A stretch of DNA of 64,000 bases from Planctomycetota bacterium (lineage in GTDB: Bacteria > Planctomycetota > Brocadiia > SM23-32). The translations under genes and the position numbers were made by a program. The stretch is from contig JAGHAF010000096.1 in assembly GCA_021161675.1 (NCBI GenBank), forward strand, positions 6,201 to 70,200, written 5' to 3'. Positions 37,502-46,166 of this stretch are shown in pieces. The first letter of the stretch is position 1. Each line of letters opens with the position of its first letter. The notes beneath the pieces were generated by a model that was not told where the DNA came from, ran no database searches, and worked only from the letters and a program-made list of their open reading frames with translations.

Positions 37502-39090
37502 ACGAACTGCGCCCATATCCACTCGACGAGCCGGATCGCAACTACCGCGCCGTAAGCGGCGCCGACAATGTCCGGCAGGGATACGCCAAGTATCTGGAGG
37601 ACGAGTCGCGGCTGGCGGCGGACGCAGTGGAGGCCATAGACTTCCCCACCAACCCGCGCCAGGTCGCCACCGCACTGCTGGACGCCCTCCGGGCCGGCGG
37701 CCGCGTCGCGGTGTCCGGCGGCCGCACCGGCATTACGGGCGCCGCCGTCCCCATCGGCGCCGAGCGGATAATATCGCTCGAGCTGCTGAAGTCCACGCCC
37801 CTGGTGAGGAAGCTCGACGACGGGCAGTGGGCCGTCCACGTGGGCGCGGGCCTCACCCTCCAGGAACTCGGCGACGCCCTGGCGCACGGGCTTTGCGAGT
37901 ATCCCGACGGCAAACCCGAACAGGCGCTTTTCTACCCCGTTGACACCACGGAGACCACGGCGCAGCTCGGCGGAACCATCGCCACCAACGCCTCCGGAGC
38001 GCGCACCCTGTTTTACGGCCCAACGCGGCGCTGGGTCGAATGGCTGCGCATCGTCACGCCGGACGGCCGTCTCCTGGACCTGAGGCGCGGGCAGGTCGCC
38101 GCGCAGGACGGCGCGCTGCGCTACGCCCGCGCGGACGGCCGCGTCGCCCGGCTCGACATTTCCGACCTTCCCATGCCGCCGACCAAGCACACCGCCGGCT
38201 ATTACCTGCGGCCGGGGATGGACGCCGTGGACCTGTTCGTGGGCAGCGAGGGCACGCTGGGCATTATCGTGGAGGCCGAGCTGCGGCTTGCGGAGCGGCC
38301 CGCCGGGCGGCTTTTCTTCACACAGTTCGCGCCCGGGCCGGATGCGGCCGCCGAGCTGTGCGCCGCCTGCAAGGAGCATCCGGATCTCACTCCCCTGGCG
38401 CTCGAGTACATGGGCCCGCGCGCGCTCGCGCTGCTGCGCAGCAAGGGCCGCCAGACGCCGGCCTACATGGAGGTCGCCCGGCTCCCCGCTGAGGCCGAGG
38501 CGGCGCTCTACACGGAACTTCCCTTCGAGGATGAGCCACAGCTCGACCGTATATACCAGGCTCTGCGGAACATCCTGGGCTCGCTGGGGCTGGAGGCGGA
38601 ACATAGCTGGGCGGGGTTCTCCGAGAAAGACCTCCAGCAGATGAAACGGCTGCGACACGCCATCCCCGAGGCGATAAACACCATCATCGGGCAGCGAAAG
38701 GCGCAGGCGGCCGAACTGCACAAGGTCGGCACGGACATGGCGGTTCCCGACCGTCACCTGAAGCAGATGATGTCCATCTATCGGGAGCGCCTCCGGGAAT
38801 CCGGCCTGGAGAACGTGACGTTCGGCCACATCGGCAATGGGCACCTGCACGTCAACATCCTGCCCCGCAGCGCCGAAGAGCTCGCGCAGGCCGAGCGGCT
38901 TTACCTGGAGTTCGCGCGGGAGGCCGTGCGGCTGGGGGGAAGCGTGGCCGCCGAGCACGGCATCGGCCGGATAAAGAAGCCGTTCCTCGCCGTCCAATAC
39001 GCTCCGGAGCATATCGAGGCTATGCGCCGCATCAAACGTACGCTCGACCCGGCGGGCATCCTCAACCCGGGGGTGCTGTTCGACGACTGA
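37498..39090 (+). CDS. FAD-linked oxidase (GlcD/D-lactate dehydrogenase-like; LctD-like)
   Basis: 530 aa with FAD-binding PCMH domain plus FAD-oxidase C-terminal domain. The start overlaps the etfA stop by 4 nt. Confidence 0.8.
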   Translation: MNELRPYPLDEPDRNYRAVSGADNVRQGYAKYLEDESRLAADAVEAIDFPTNPRQVATALLDALRAGGRVAVSGGRTGITGAAVPIGAERIISLELLKSTPLVRKLDDGQWAVHVGAGLTLQELGDALAHGLCEYPDGKPEQALFYPVDTTETTAQLGGTIATNASGARTLFYGPTRRWVEWLRIVTPDGRLLDLRRGQVAAQDGALRYARADGRVARLDISDLPMPPTKHTAGYYLRPGMDAVDLFVGSEGTLGIIVEAELRLAERPAGRLFFTQFAPGPDAAAELCAACKEHPDLTPLALEYMGPRALALLRSKGRQTPAYMEVARLPAEAEAALYTELPFEDEPQLDRIYQALRNILGSLGLEAEHSWAGFSEKDLQQMKRLRHAIPEAINTIIGQRKAQAAELHKVGTDMAVPDRHLKQMMSIYRERLRESGLENVTFGHIGNGHLHVNILPRSAEELAQAERLYLEFAREAVRLGGSVAAEHGIGRIKKPFLAVQYAPEHIEAMRRIKRTLDPAGILNPGVLFDD

Positions 39091-39118
39091 TTGAATCTGC
39101 GGGGCTTTCTGCTATAAT
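39091..39118 (+). promoter_or_regulatory. sigma70-like promoter candidate (TTGAAT-N16-TATAAT)
   Basis: Immediately after the LctD-like stop and about 70 nt upstream of the zinc-metallopeptidase gene. Confidence 0.35.
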
Positions 39119-39186
39119 GGAGCGTCTTAGCCCGGGGGCATGTAGAAAGGCTTCAATAGTCAGCAGACTGACAGGAGATTACAGAG

Positions 39187-39906
39187 ATGTTCTACTTTCT
39201 CGACCCGACGTTCTTGCTCTTGATCCCGCCGATGCTGCTTGCGTTTTACGCCAGCGCGAAGGTGAAGTCCGCCTTCTCGGAATACTCGCAGGTCCGGAGC
39301 GCCTCCGGCATCACCGGGGCGGACGCGGCGCGCGGCGTCCTGCGCAGCGGCGGCGTGCAGAACGTCAGCATCGAGCGCACGTCGGGACACTTGAGCGACC
39401 ATTACGACCCGCGCAAGCGCGTGCTGCGCCTCAGCGCGGACGTGCATGACTCCTCAAGCCTGGCGGCGCTCGGCGTGGCCGCCCACGAGGCCGGACACGC
39501 CCTGCAGGACGCCCGGGGTTACGTGCCGCTCAAGCTGAGGCAGGGAATCTGGCCGGTGGCCTCTTTCGGCAGTAACCTGGGGCCGATGCTGGCCTTCGTC
39601 GGCATTCTCATACTGGCTTTTGCGAAGGGCCAGCCCGAGTGGGCCATGACCCTGGCCAAGGCCGGCATCTTCCTTTTCGCGGGGGCCACGGTCTTCACCG
39701 TAATAACGATCCCCGTGGAGCTGAATGCCAGCAGAAGGGCGCTGTTGATGCTTGAGAGTTCCGGATACATCACTGAACGCGAAAGGCCGCACGTGAAGAA
39801 AGTGCTGGACGCCGCGGCGCTGACATACCTGGCGGCGGCGTTCATGTCCGTCATGATGCTGGTGCGACTCATTCTGCTGTTGACAATGGTGTCCCGCCGC
39901 GACTAG
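39187..39906 (+). CDS. membrane zinc metallopeptidase (YugP-like)
   Basis: HEAGH zinc-binding motif in a membrane-embedded 239-aa protein with N- and C-terminal TM helices. Confidence 0.7.
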   Translation: MFYFLDPTFLLLIPPMLLAFYASAKVKSAFSEYSQVRSASGITGADAARGVLRSGGVQNVSIERTSGHLSDHYDPRKRVLRLSADVHDSSSLAALGVAAHEAGHALQDARGYVPLKLRQGIWPVASFGSNLGPMLAFVGILILAFAKGQPEWAMTLAKAGIFLFAGATVFTVITIPVELNASRRALLMLESSGYITERERPHVKKVLDAAALTYLAAAFMSVMMLVRLILLLTMVSRRD

Positions 39907-39920
39907 GAGGAAGGAACTTC

Positions 39921-41186
39921 ATGGGAGCGACCATCACAGAGAAAATCCTGGCTGCGCACTGCGAGGGTCAGGACGTCACGCCCGGCGCCTACGTGATGGC
40001 GAAGGTGGATTTCTGTCTCGGCAACGACATCACCGCCCCCATCGCCATCGAGCAGTTCGAGAAGTCGGGCTTTGAGGAAGTCTTCGATCGGAGCCGCATC
40101 GCACTCGTTCCCGACCACTTTACGCCGAACAAAGACATCAAAACCGCAACTCTCTGCAAGCAACTGCGCCGGTTCGCCCGAAAGCATGACATCGAGCACT
40201 ACTGGGAAGTGGGCCGGGTGGGCATCGAGCACGCGCTTCTGCCCGAACAGGGGCTCGTCGGACCGGGGGACTTGGTCGTTGGGGCGGACTCGCACACGTG
40301 CACCTACGGCGCGCTGGGCGCCGTGTCAACGGGGGTGGGTTCGACGGACCTGGCCGCGTGTTTCGCCACGGGGGAGGTGTGGCTGCGGAGCCCGGAGTCC
40401 ATGAAGTTCACCTTCAGGGGCCGGCTGCCCCGCTGGGTCGGCGGCAAGGACTTGATCCTCTACACCATCGGCCGGATCGGCGTGGACGGGGCGCTCTACC
40501 GCGCCATGGAGTTCTGCGGCCCGGTCATCGAGACGCTCTCGATGGACGGGCGCCTGACGATGTGCAACATGGCGATCGAAGCGGGCGGGATGAGCGGCAT
40601 CGTGCCGCCGGACGAAGTGACCAGGGACTACTGCGAGGGTCGCCTGAAACGAGAGGCCCGCTACCTAAGAAGCGACGAGGACGCCAAATATGTTGAAACT
40701 TACGACTGGGACGTCAGCGAGCTGAGCCCCCAGGTGGCGGCGCCGTTCCTGCCATCGAACGCCGCGCCGGTGGAGGAGTTCAAGGGAGTCGAGATTGACC
40801 AGGTGGTTATCGGCTCCTGCACGAACGGCCGCATCAGCGACCTGCGGGAGGCGGCGCGCATACTGGAGGGCCGGACGGCAGCCCCGTCGGTAAGAGTGAT
40901 AGTGCTGCCGGCCACGCGGCGGATATACCGGCAGGCGTTGGACGAGGGGCTGATCGCCACGTTCATTGAGGCAGAAGCCGCCGTCTCGACCCCCACCTGC
41001 GGCCCCTGCCTGGGGGGGCACATGGGAGTGCTGGCCGCCGGCGAACGGGCTCTGACCACGACGAACCGCAACTTCCGAGGCCGAATGGGGCACCAGACCA
41101 GCGAGGTATACCTGTGCGGCCCGGCGGTAGCCGCGGCCAGCGCCGTAACGGGGCGAATTACGCATCCGGACGAACTTGAGGGCTAA
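39921..41186 (+). CDS. leuC: aconitase-family dehydratase large subunit (3-isopropylmalate dehydratase/homoaconitase LeuC-type, archaeal-size)
   Basis: 421 aa with the three cluster cysteines in conserved contexts (GADSHTCTYGA, GSCTNGR, TPTCGPCLGG). Confidence 0.85.
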   Translation: MGATITEKILAAHCEGQDVTPGAYVMAKVDFCLGNDITAPIAIEQFEKSGFEEVFDRSRIALVPDHFTPNKDIKTATLCKQLRRFARKHDIEHYWEVGRVGIEHALLPEQGLVGPGDLVVGADSHTCTYGALGAVSTGVGSTDLAACFATGEVWLRSPESMKFTFRGRLPRWVGGKDLILYTIGRIGVDGALYRAMEFCGPVIETLSMDGRLTMCNMAIEAGGMSGIVPPDEVTRDYCEGRLKREARYLRSDEDAKYVETYDWDVSELSPQVAAPFLPSNAAPVEEFKGVEIDQVVIGSCTNGRISDLREAARILEGRTAAPSVRVIVLPATRRIYRQALDEGLIATFIEAEAAVSTPTCGPCLGGHMGVLAAGERALTTTNRNFRGRMGHQTSEVYLCGPAVAAASAVTGRITHPDELEG

Positions 41187-41212
41187 AACGAGTAGTCGTG
41201 GGGTTCACAACC

Positions 41213-44200
41213 ATGTCGCTCTACATAGGACTTGACGTCGGTTCTATCAGCGTAGACGTAGTTGTAATGAACGAGGACGGACACGTCCTCGATTCGCGTT
41301 ACGTGCGTGTGCTGGGGCGGCCACATGCGGTCGCGCTCGAAGAGCTTGAAAATGCGCTCGATCGCTATCAGGCCGCCACGAAGTTGTGCGTGACCGGCAG
41401 CGGGGCGAAGACAATCTCCGAGCTGCTTGAGGCGCCGTTCGTCAACGAGATCATCGCGCACAGCAAGGCCACCGCGCATTTCCATCCCGAGGTGCGCACC
41501 ATCATTGAGATAGGCGGCTCCGAGTCAAAGCTCATTCACCTCCAGCGAGACGCAAGCGGCGGCGTTCGCATCGCGGATTTTGCGATGAATCCCCCCTGCG
41601 CCGCCGGCACGGGCTCCTTCATCGACCAGCAGGCCAGCCGCTTGAAGGTGAGCATCGAGGAGTTCAGCCGGCTCGCGCTGAGAAGCGAGCATCCCCCCCG
41701 GGTGGCCGGGCGTTGCTCTGTGTTTGCGAAGAGTGACATGATCCACCTCCAGCAGCAGGGCGCGCCGGACTACGACATCATTGCGGGCCTGTGCTATGCG
41801 ATGGCGCGAAACTTCAAAGCCAGCGTGGGCATGGGCAAGGAATTCATCTCGCCCATCGCGTTTCAGGGCGGCGTGGCCGCCAACGCGGGAATAATCCGCG
41901 CCTTCAAGGACGTGCTCAACCTTCAAGAGAATGAGCTGGTCATTCCCGAACACTTCAACTGCATGGGCGCCATCGGGGCCGTGCTGCACGTGCTTGAGGA
42001 CGGGCGCGACTGTTCACTCAAAAGCCTGGCGCCGCTGCGCCGGTATGTCACCCAGCCCCACGTGGACTCCGAACGGCTGCCCAGGCTGCAAGACGACGGC
42101 TACCAGACCGATATCTCGACTTACCCCATGCCTGAAACCGAGGAGAAGATAGACGCTTACATCGGAGTCGACGTCGGTTCTATCAGCACGAACGTGGTCG
42201 CACTGGACGCCGAAGGCCACGTGCTCGCCCGACGCTACCTTATGACGGAGGGCCGGCCGATCGAGGCGGTCAAGAAGGGGCTCTACGAGGTGGGTCGCCA
42301 GATAGGGGATCGCGTCACTGTGCGCGGCTGCGCCACAACGGGCAGCGGACGCTACCTGACCGGAGCCTTCATAGGCGCCGACATCATCAAGAACGAGATA
42401 ACGACTCACGCGCGAGCCGCAGTGGCCATCAACCCGCGGGTGGATACGATATTCGAAATCGGAGGCCAGGACGCCAAATACATATCCCTGGAGAACGGCG
42501 CCGTTGTGGATTTCGCCATGAACAAGGTCTGCGCGGCGGGCACCGGTTCCTTCCTGGAGGAGCAGGCGGAACGGCTCGACCTGAAGATCGAAGAGGAGTT
42601 CGGCGCCGAGGCGCTCTCCAGCGCCGCCCCCTGCCAGCTCGGAGAGCGATGCACCGTCTTCATGGAAAGCGACCTGAACTTCCACCAGCAGCGAGGGATG
42701 CCCCGGGACGACCTGGTGGCCGGCCTCTGCTACTCCATCGTCTACAACTACCTGAACCGCGTGGTCGAGGACCGCAAAGTCGGCGACGTCATATTCTTCC
42801 AGGGCGGTGTGGCTTTCAACCGGGGGGTGAAGGCGGCCTTCGAGGCCGTTCTGGGCAGGAAGGTCCTCGTGCCCCCCCAGCAGGACATCCTGGGCGCCAT
42901 CGGGGCCGCGTTGATCGCGCGGGAAGAGCGCGACGGCGAGTCGGACTTCCGGGGTTTCGACCTGCGCTCGGTCAGCTACGAACTGGAAACGTTCGAATGC
43001 CACGGCTGCTCGAACCGCTGCGAAATCCACAAAGTCTCCATAGAAGGGCGCGCGCCGCTGTATTACGGCAGCCGCTGCGGCAAGTACGATGAGGCGAAAG
43101 AGGACAAAAAGGGCCTGCGCCTGCCCGACCTTTTCGCCGAACGCCGCCAGGCGCTGCTGGGAACTTATCCCGACCGGGACCCGGAGGAGCCGCTCGGCGT
43201 GAAGGTGGGCATCCCGCGGGTGATGACCTTCTTCGACTTGTATCCGTTCTGGAAGGCGTTCTTCACGGAAATCGGCTGCCAGGTCGTCCTGTCCGAACCT
43301 ACCAACAGGGAGACGGTCAACACGGGCGCCGGCCTGATGACCACGGAAACCTGCCTGCCGATCATAACGTCACACGGCCACGTGGCCCGGATGCTGGAGT
43401 CGGACGTTGATTATGTATTCGTCCCCAGCGTGATCAACCTTGAACAGGAGGCCCGCGGCTCGGTCAACTCTTACACGTGTCCCCTGGCGCAGGGGCTGCC
43501 TTACCTGCTGGAGAGCGCCCTTCAGATAAATCCCGACGGCCCGGAGTTGCTTGCGCCCATCTTCCACTTCGCGGAGGGCCGCTGCGCCGTCGGCAAGGAC
43601 CTGAAGAAACTCGCCCGCCGTATCGGCGCGCCGGCGGGGCGCGTGGAGCGCGCCACCCGCGCAGCCTGGCGGGCATTGGACGAGTTCCGGGGTGCCCTGC
43701 GGGAGCGCGGGCACCAAATCCTGGAAGGGCTGGCGGATGACGAACCGGCGGTGGTGGTTATCAGCCGGCCTTACAACGGGTGCGACCCCGGCATAAACCT
43801 GGCTATCCCGGAGAAGCTGAAGGACCTCGGTGTGCTGGCAATCCCGCTGGATTTCCTGCCACTCGATCTGGAAGCGCTGGCAGATCAGTTTCCTCACATG
43901 TACTGGAAATACGGCCAGAAAATCCTGGCCGGGGCGAAGTACATAGCCGGGCGCTCGAACCTGCACGCGCTTTACATCACGAACTTCCGCTGCGGGCCCG
44001 ATTCGTTCATCTCGAAGTTCTTCAGCCGCCTTCTGGGCAGGCCTTACCTGACAATCGAAGTGGATCAACACAGCGCGGACGTGGGAGCCATCACGCGGTG
44101 CGAGGCGTTCATTGACGGCTTCAAGAGCATTCAGTCGGCCCGGCGGGGCAAAGCCCACGGCGAAGACCTGTTCTTCGACCTGCATAAGAGCCCTCGTCCC

Positions 44201-45427
44201 CTCAAGATATACATCCCTCACATGCTCGACCACGGCATACTGATGGCCGCTGTGATGCGCAGCAACGGCATAGACGCGGAGCCGCTGCCCATCTCGGACA
44301 ATGAGAGCCTGGAGCTGGGCCGGCAGTTCACCACAGGCAAGGAATGCTACCCCTGCATACTGACGACCGGGGACATCGTGAAAAAGACGCGCGACCCCGA
44401 CTTCGACCCCGACCGGGCCGCCTTCTTCATGCCTCAGGCCAACGGCCCCTGCCGGTTCGGCCAGTATCACAAGTTCCACCGCATGGTGTTGGACGAGCTG
44501 GGTTACGAGCAGGTCCCCATGGTCGTGCTGGACCAGACCACGCAGTTCTCCAAACACATCAAGGCCTTCGGGCCCGACGCCTACCGCAAGTCGTGGGACC
44601 TGCTGGTAATCGTGGATTACATGCAGAAACTGGTTCGCCAGAAGCGCCCCTATGAACTAAACGAGGGCGAGACCGACAGCGTCTACAGCCAGTGCATGGA
44701 GGAACTGGTCGCAGTGGTTGAGAGCAAGGGAGATTATTTCGCCAAGGCCCGAGAGATTCGCCGCCGCCTGCAGGCCGTCCCCACCGCCCAGACGAACGGC
44801 CGGCCTATTATCGGCGTCGTGGGGGAGATATACGTGCGAAGCAACGATTTCGCCAACAACTTCCTGGTGCGAAAGCTGGAGGCGCTGGGCGCCCAGGTCG
44901 TCGTCCCTACCTTACAGGAATGGGTCAACTACATCGCACACGAAAGGCGCCAGATTGACCTCAAGAACGGGGCTCTGCTCCGCCTGGGCAAGGAATGGCT
45001 TGTCGAACTGGTCGCCCGATGGGACGAAGGGCGCGCCGCCCGCGCCTTTAGCGGAGCAATAGACTGTATGCCACGGGAAAGTCCAGTCTCTGAAGTGATA
45101 AAGCTCGGGGCCGAATACCTCGATCCTACCGTTAAGGGGGAGGCCATTCTAAGCATAGGCCGCGCCGTCGAATACGCTCATCACGGCCTGAACGGCATCG
45201 TAAACGTCACGCCGTTCGGATGCATGCCAGGCGCCCTGGTCGACGGGCTCTTGGAGAAGTTCCGCAGGGACTACGGCGCAATGCCATCCCTGAAGCTGGC
45301 CTTCGACGGCACGGAGCAGACCGCCGAGGAAACCCTGCTGGAAGCTTTCGTGCACCAGGCCCAACAGCACATGGAATCTCAGCGGGGAAAAGGACGGGCC
45401 GCCACACTCGATAAGGATAGACCATGA
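41213..45427 (+). CDS. fusion protein: two tandem BadF/BadG/BcrA/BcrD (HgdC-type) ATPase 'activase' domains + large DUF2229-like C-terminal region
   Basis: Domain 1 runs MSLYIGLDVGSISVDVV...MNPPCAAGTGSF...GRCSVFAKSD. Domain 2 runs IDAYIGVDVGSISTNVV...MNKVCAAGTGSF...GERCTVFMESD. Both keep the two Cys that ligate the bridging [4Fe-4S] in HgdC. The C-terminal ~800 aa has cysteine motifs CHGCSNRCEIH, TCLPIITSHGH, CPLAQG. A GTG at 41198 is an alternative start. Confidence 0.8.
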   Translation: MSLYIGLDVGSISVDVVVMNEDGHVLDSRYVRVLGRPHAVALEELENALDRYQAATKLCVTGSGAKTISELLEAPFVNEIIAHSKATAHFHPEVRTIIEIGGSESKLIHLQRDASGGVRIADFAMNPPCAAGTGSFIDQQASRLKVSIEEFSRLALRSEHPPRVAGRCSVFAKSDMIHLQQQGAPDYDIIAGLCYAMARNFKASVGMGKEFISPIAFQGGVAANAGIIRAFKDVLNLQENELVIPEHFNCMGAIGAVLHVLEDGRDCSLKSLAPLRRYVTQPHVDSERLPRLQDDGYQTDISTYPMPETEEKIDAYIGVDVGSISTNVVALDAEGHVLARRYLMTEGRPIEAVKKGLYEVGRQIGDRVTVRGCATTGSGRYLTGAFIGADIIKNEITTHARAAVAINPRVDTIFEIGGQDAKYISLENGAVVDFAMNKVCAAGTGSFLEEQAERLDLKIEEEFGAEALSSAAPCQLGERCTVFMESDLNFHQQRGMPRDDLVAGLCYSIVYNYLNRVVEDRKVGDVIFFQGGVAFNRGVKAAFEAVLGRKVLVPPQQDILGAIGAALIAREERDGESDFRGFDLRSVSYELETFECHGCSNRCEIHKVSIEGRAPLYYGSRCGKYDEAKEDKKGLRLPDLFAERRQALLGTYPDRDPEEPLGVKVGIPRVMTFFDLYPFWKAFFTEIGCQVVLSEPTNRETVNTGAGLMTTETCLPIITSHGHVARMLESDVDYVFVPSVINLEQEARGSVNSYTCPLAQGLPYLLESALQINPDGPELLAPIFHFAEGRCAVGKDLKKLARRIGAPAGRVERATRAAWRALDEFRGALRERGHQILEGLADDEPAVVVISRPYNGCDPGINLAIPEKLKDLGVLAIPLDFLPLDLEALADQFPHMYWKYGQKILAGAKYIAGRSNLHALYITNFRCGPDSFISKFFSRLLGRPYLTIEVDQHSADVGAITRCEAFIDGFKSIQSARRGKAHGEDLFFDLHKSPRPLKIYIPHMLDHGILMAAVMRSNGIDAEPLPISDNESLELGRQFTTGKECYPCILTTGDIVKKTRDPDFDPDRAAFFMPQANGPCRFGQYHKFHRMVLDELGYEQVPMVVLDQTTQFSKHIKAFGPDAYRKSWDLLVIVDYMQKLVRQKRPYELNEGETDSVYSQCMEELVAVVESKGDYFAKAREIRRRLQAVPTAQTNGRPIIGVVGEIYVRSNDFANNFLVRKLEALGAQVVVPTLQEWVNYIAHERRQIDLKNGALLRLGKEWLVELVARWDEGRAARAFSGAIDCMPRESPVSEVIKLGAEYLDPTVKGEAILSIGRAVEYAHHGLNGIVNVTPFGCMPGALVDGLLEKFRRDYGAMPSLKLAFDGTEQTAEETLLEAFVHQAQQHMESQRGKGRAATLDKDRP

Positions 45428-45912
45428 AAGGGAAATGCTGGAAATTCGGCGACGACGTAAATACCGATGAGATCATACCCGCCCGCTACCTGAACGTGAC
45501 GGACGCGGCCGAGCTCGGCGCACATTGCATGGAGGGCGTCGCCCCGGAGTTCGCGGCCACCGCGCGCGCGGGCGACATCATCGTGGCGGACAAGAACTTC
45601 GGCTGCGGCTCCTCCCGGGAGCACGCCCCGATAGCGATCAAGGCGGCCGGCATTCAGTGCGTGGTGGCTAAGTCCTTCGCCCGGATATTCTTCCGCAACG
45701 CCATAAACATCGGCCTTCCCATCGTCGAATGCCCCGAGGCGGCAGGCGACGCCGCCACCGGAGACCTGCTGGAAGTCGCTCTGGCGCAAGGCGCCATCAC
45801 CAACCGGACGAAGGGAAAGCGTTACAGCTTCCCGCCTTTCTCATCGGCCCTCCAGGCCATCATCAACGCCGGTGGGCTGCTTCCCTACACCAGGCGGCGC
45901 CGCGGCGCTTAA
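45424..45912 (+). CDS. leuD: aconitase-family dehydratase small subunit (LeuD-type)
   Basis: 162 aa carrying the swivel-domain GCGSSREHAP motif. The ATG overlaps the stop of the preceding fusion gene (ATGA). Confidence 0.85.
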   Translation: MKGKCWKFGDDVNTDEIIPARYLNVTDAAELGAHCMEGVAPEFAATARAGDIIVADKNFGCGSSREHAPIAIKAAGIQCVVAKSFARIFFRNAINIGLPIVECPEAAGDAATGDLLEVALAQGAITNRTKGKRYSFPPFSSALQAIINAGGLLPYTRRRRGA

Positions 45913-45919
45913 GCCTCAG

Positions 45920-46155
45920 ATGGAAAGAGGGATTGCTCCGTTGCGAAACGTCCGTTTCAGCGCTGGTCTGTCCGCTCGCCTGCTGGCGGTCCTCGCTTGC
46001 TTGCTCCTTGCAGGTTGCGCCCTGGAGGACAGGTATGTCTTCCAGCCGACTCGCACTGCCCCGTTTGGTTGGGCTCCGCCCGATCAACTGGCGCAAGAGC
46101 GCACCTTTCGCACTGAAGACGGTTTGCTGGTCCAGGTGGCTTCCATCCCGGGGAT
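45920..46155 (+). pseudogene. 5' fragment of a lipoprotein alpha/beta-hydrolase gene (truncated)
   Basis: MERGIAPL...LSARLLAVLACLLLAGCALEDRYVFQPTRTAPFGWAPPDQLAQERTFRTEDGLLVQ resembles the N-termini of S33-type alpha/beta hydrolases (signal, lipobox, YxFxPxR...FxTxDG). Similarity ends about 75 aa in, where the frame runs into the convergent AKR gene. Confidence 0.35.
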
Positions 46156-46166
46156 TGACGCGTGCG

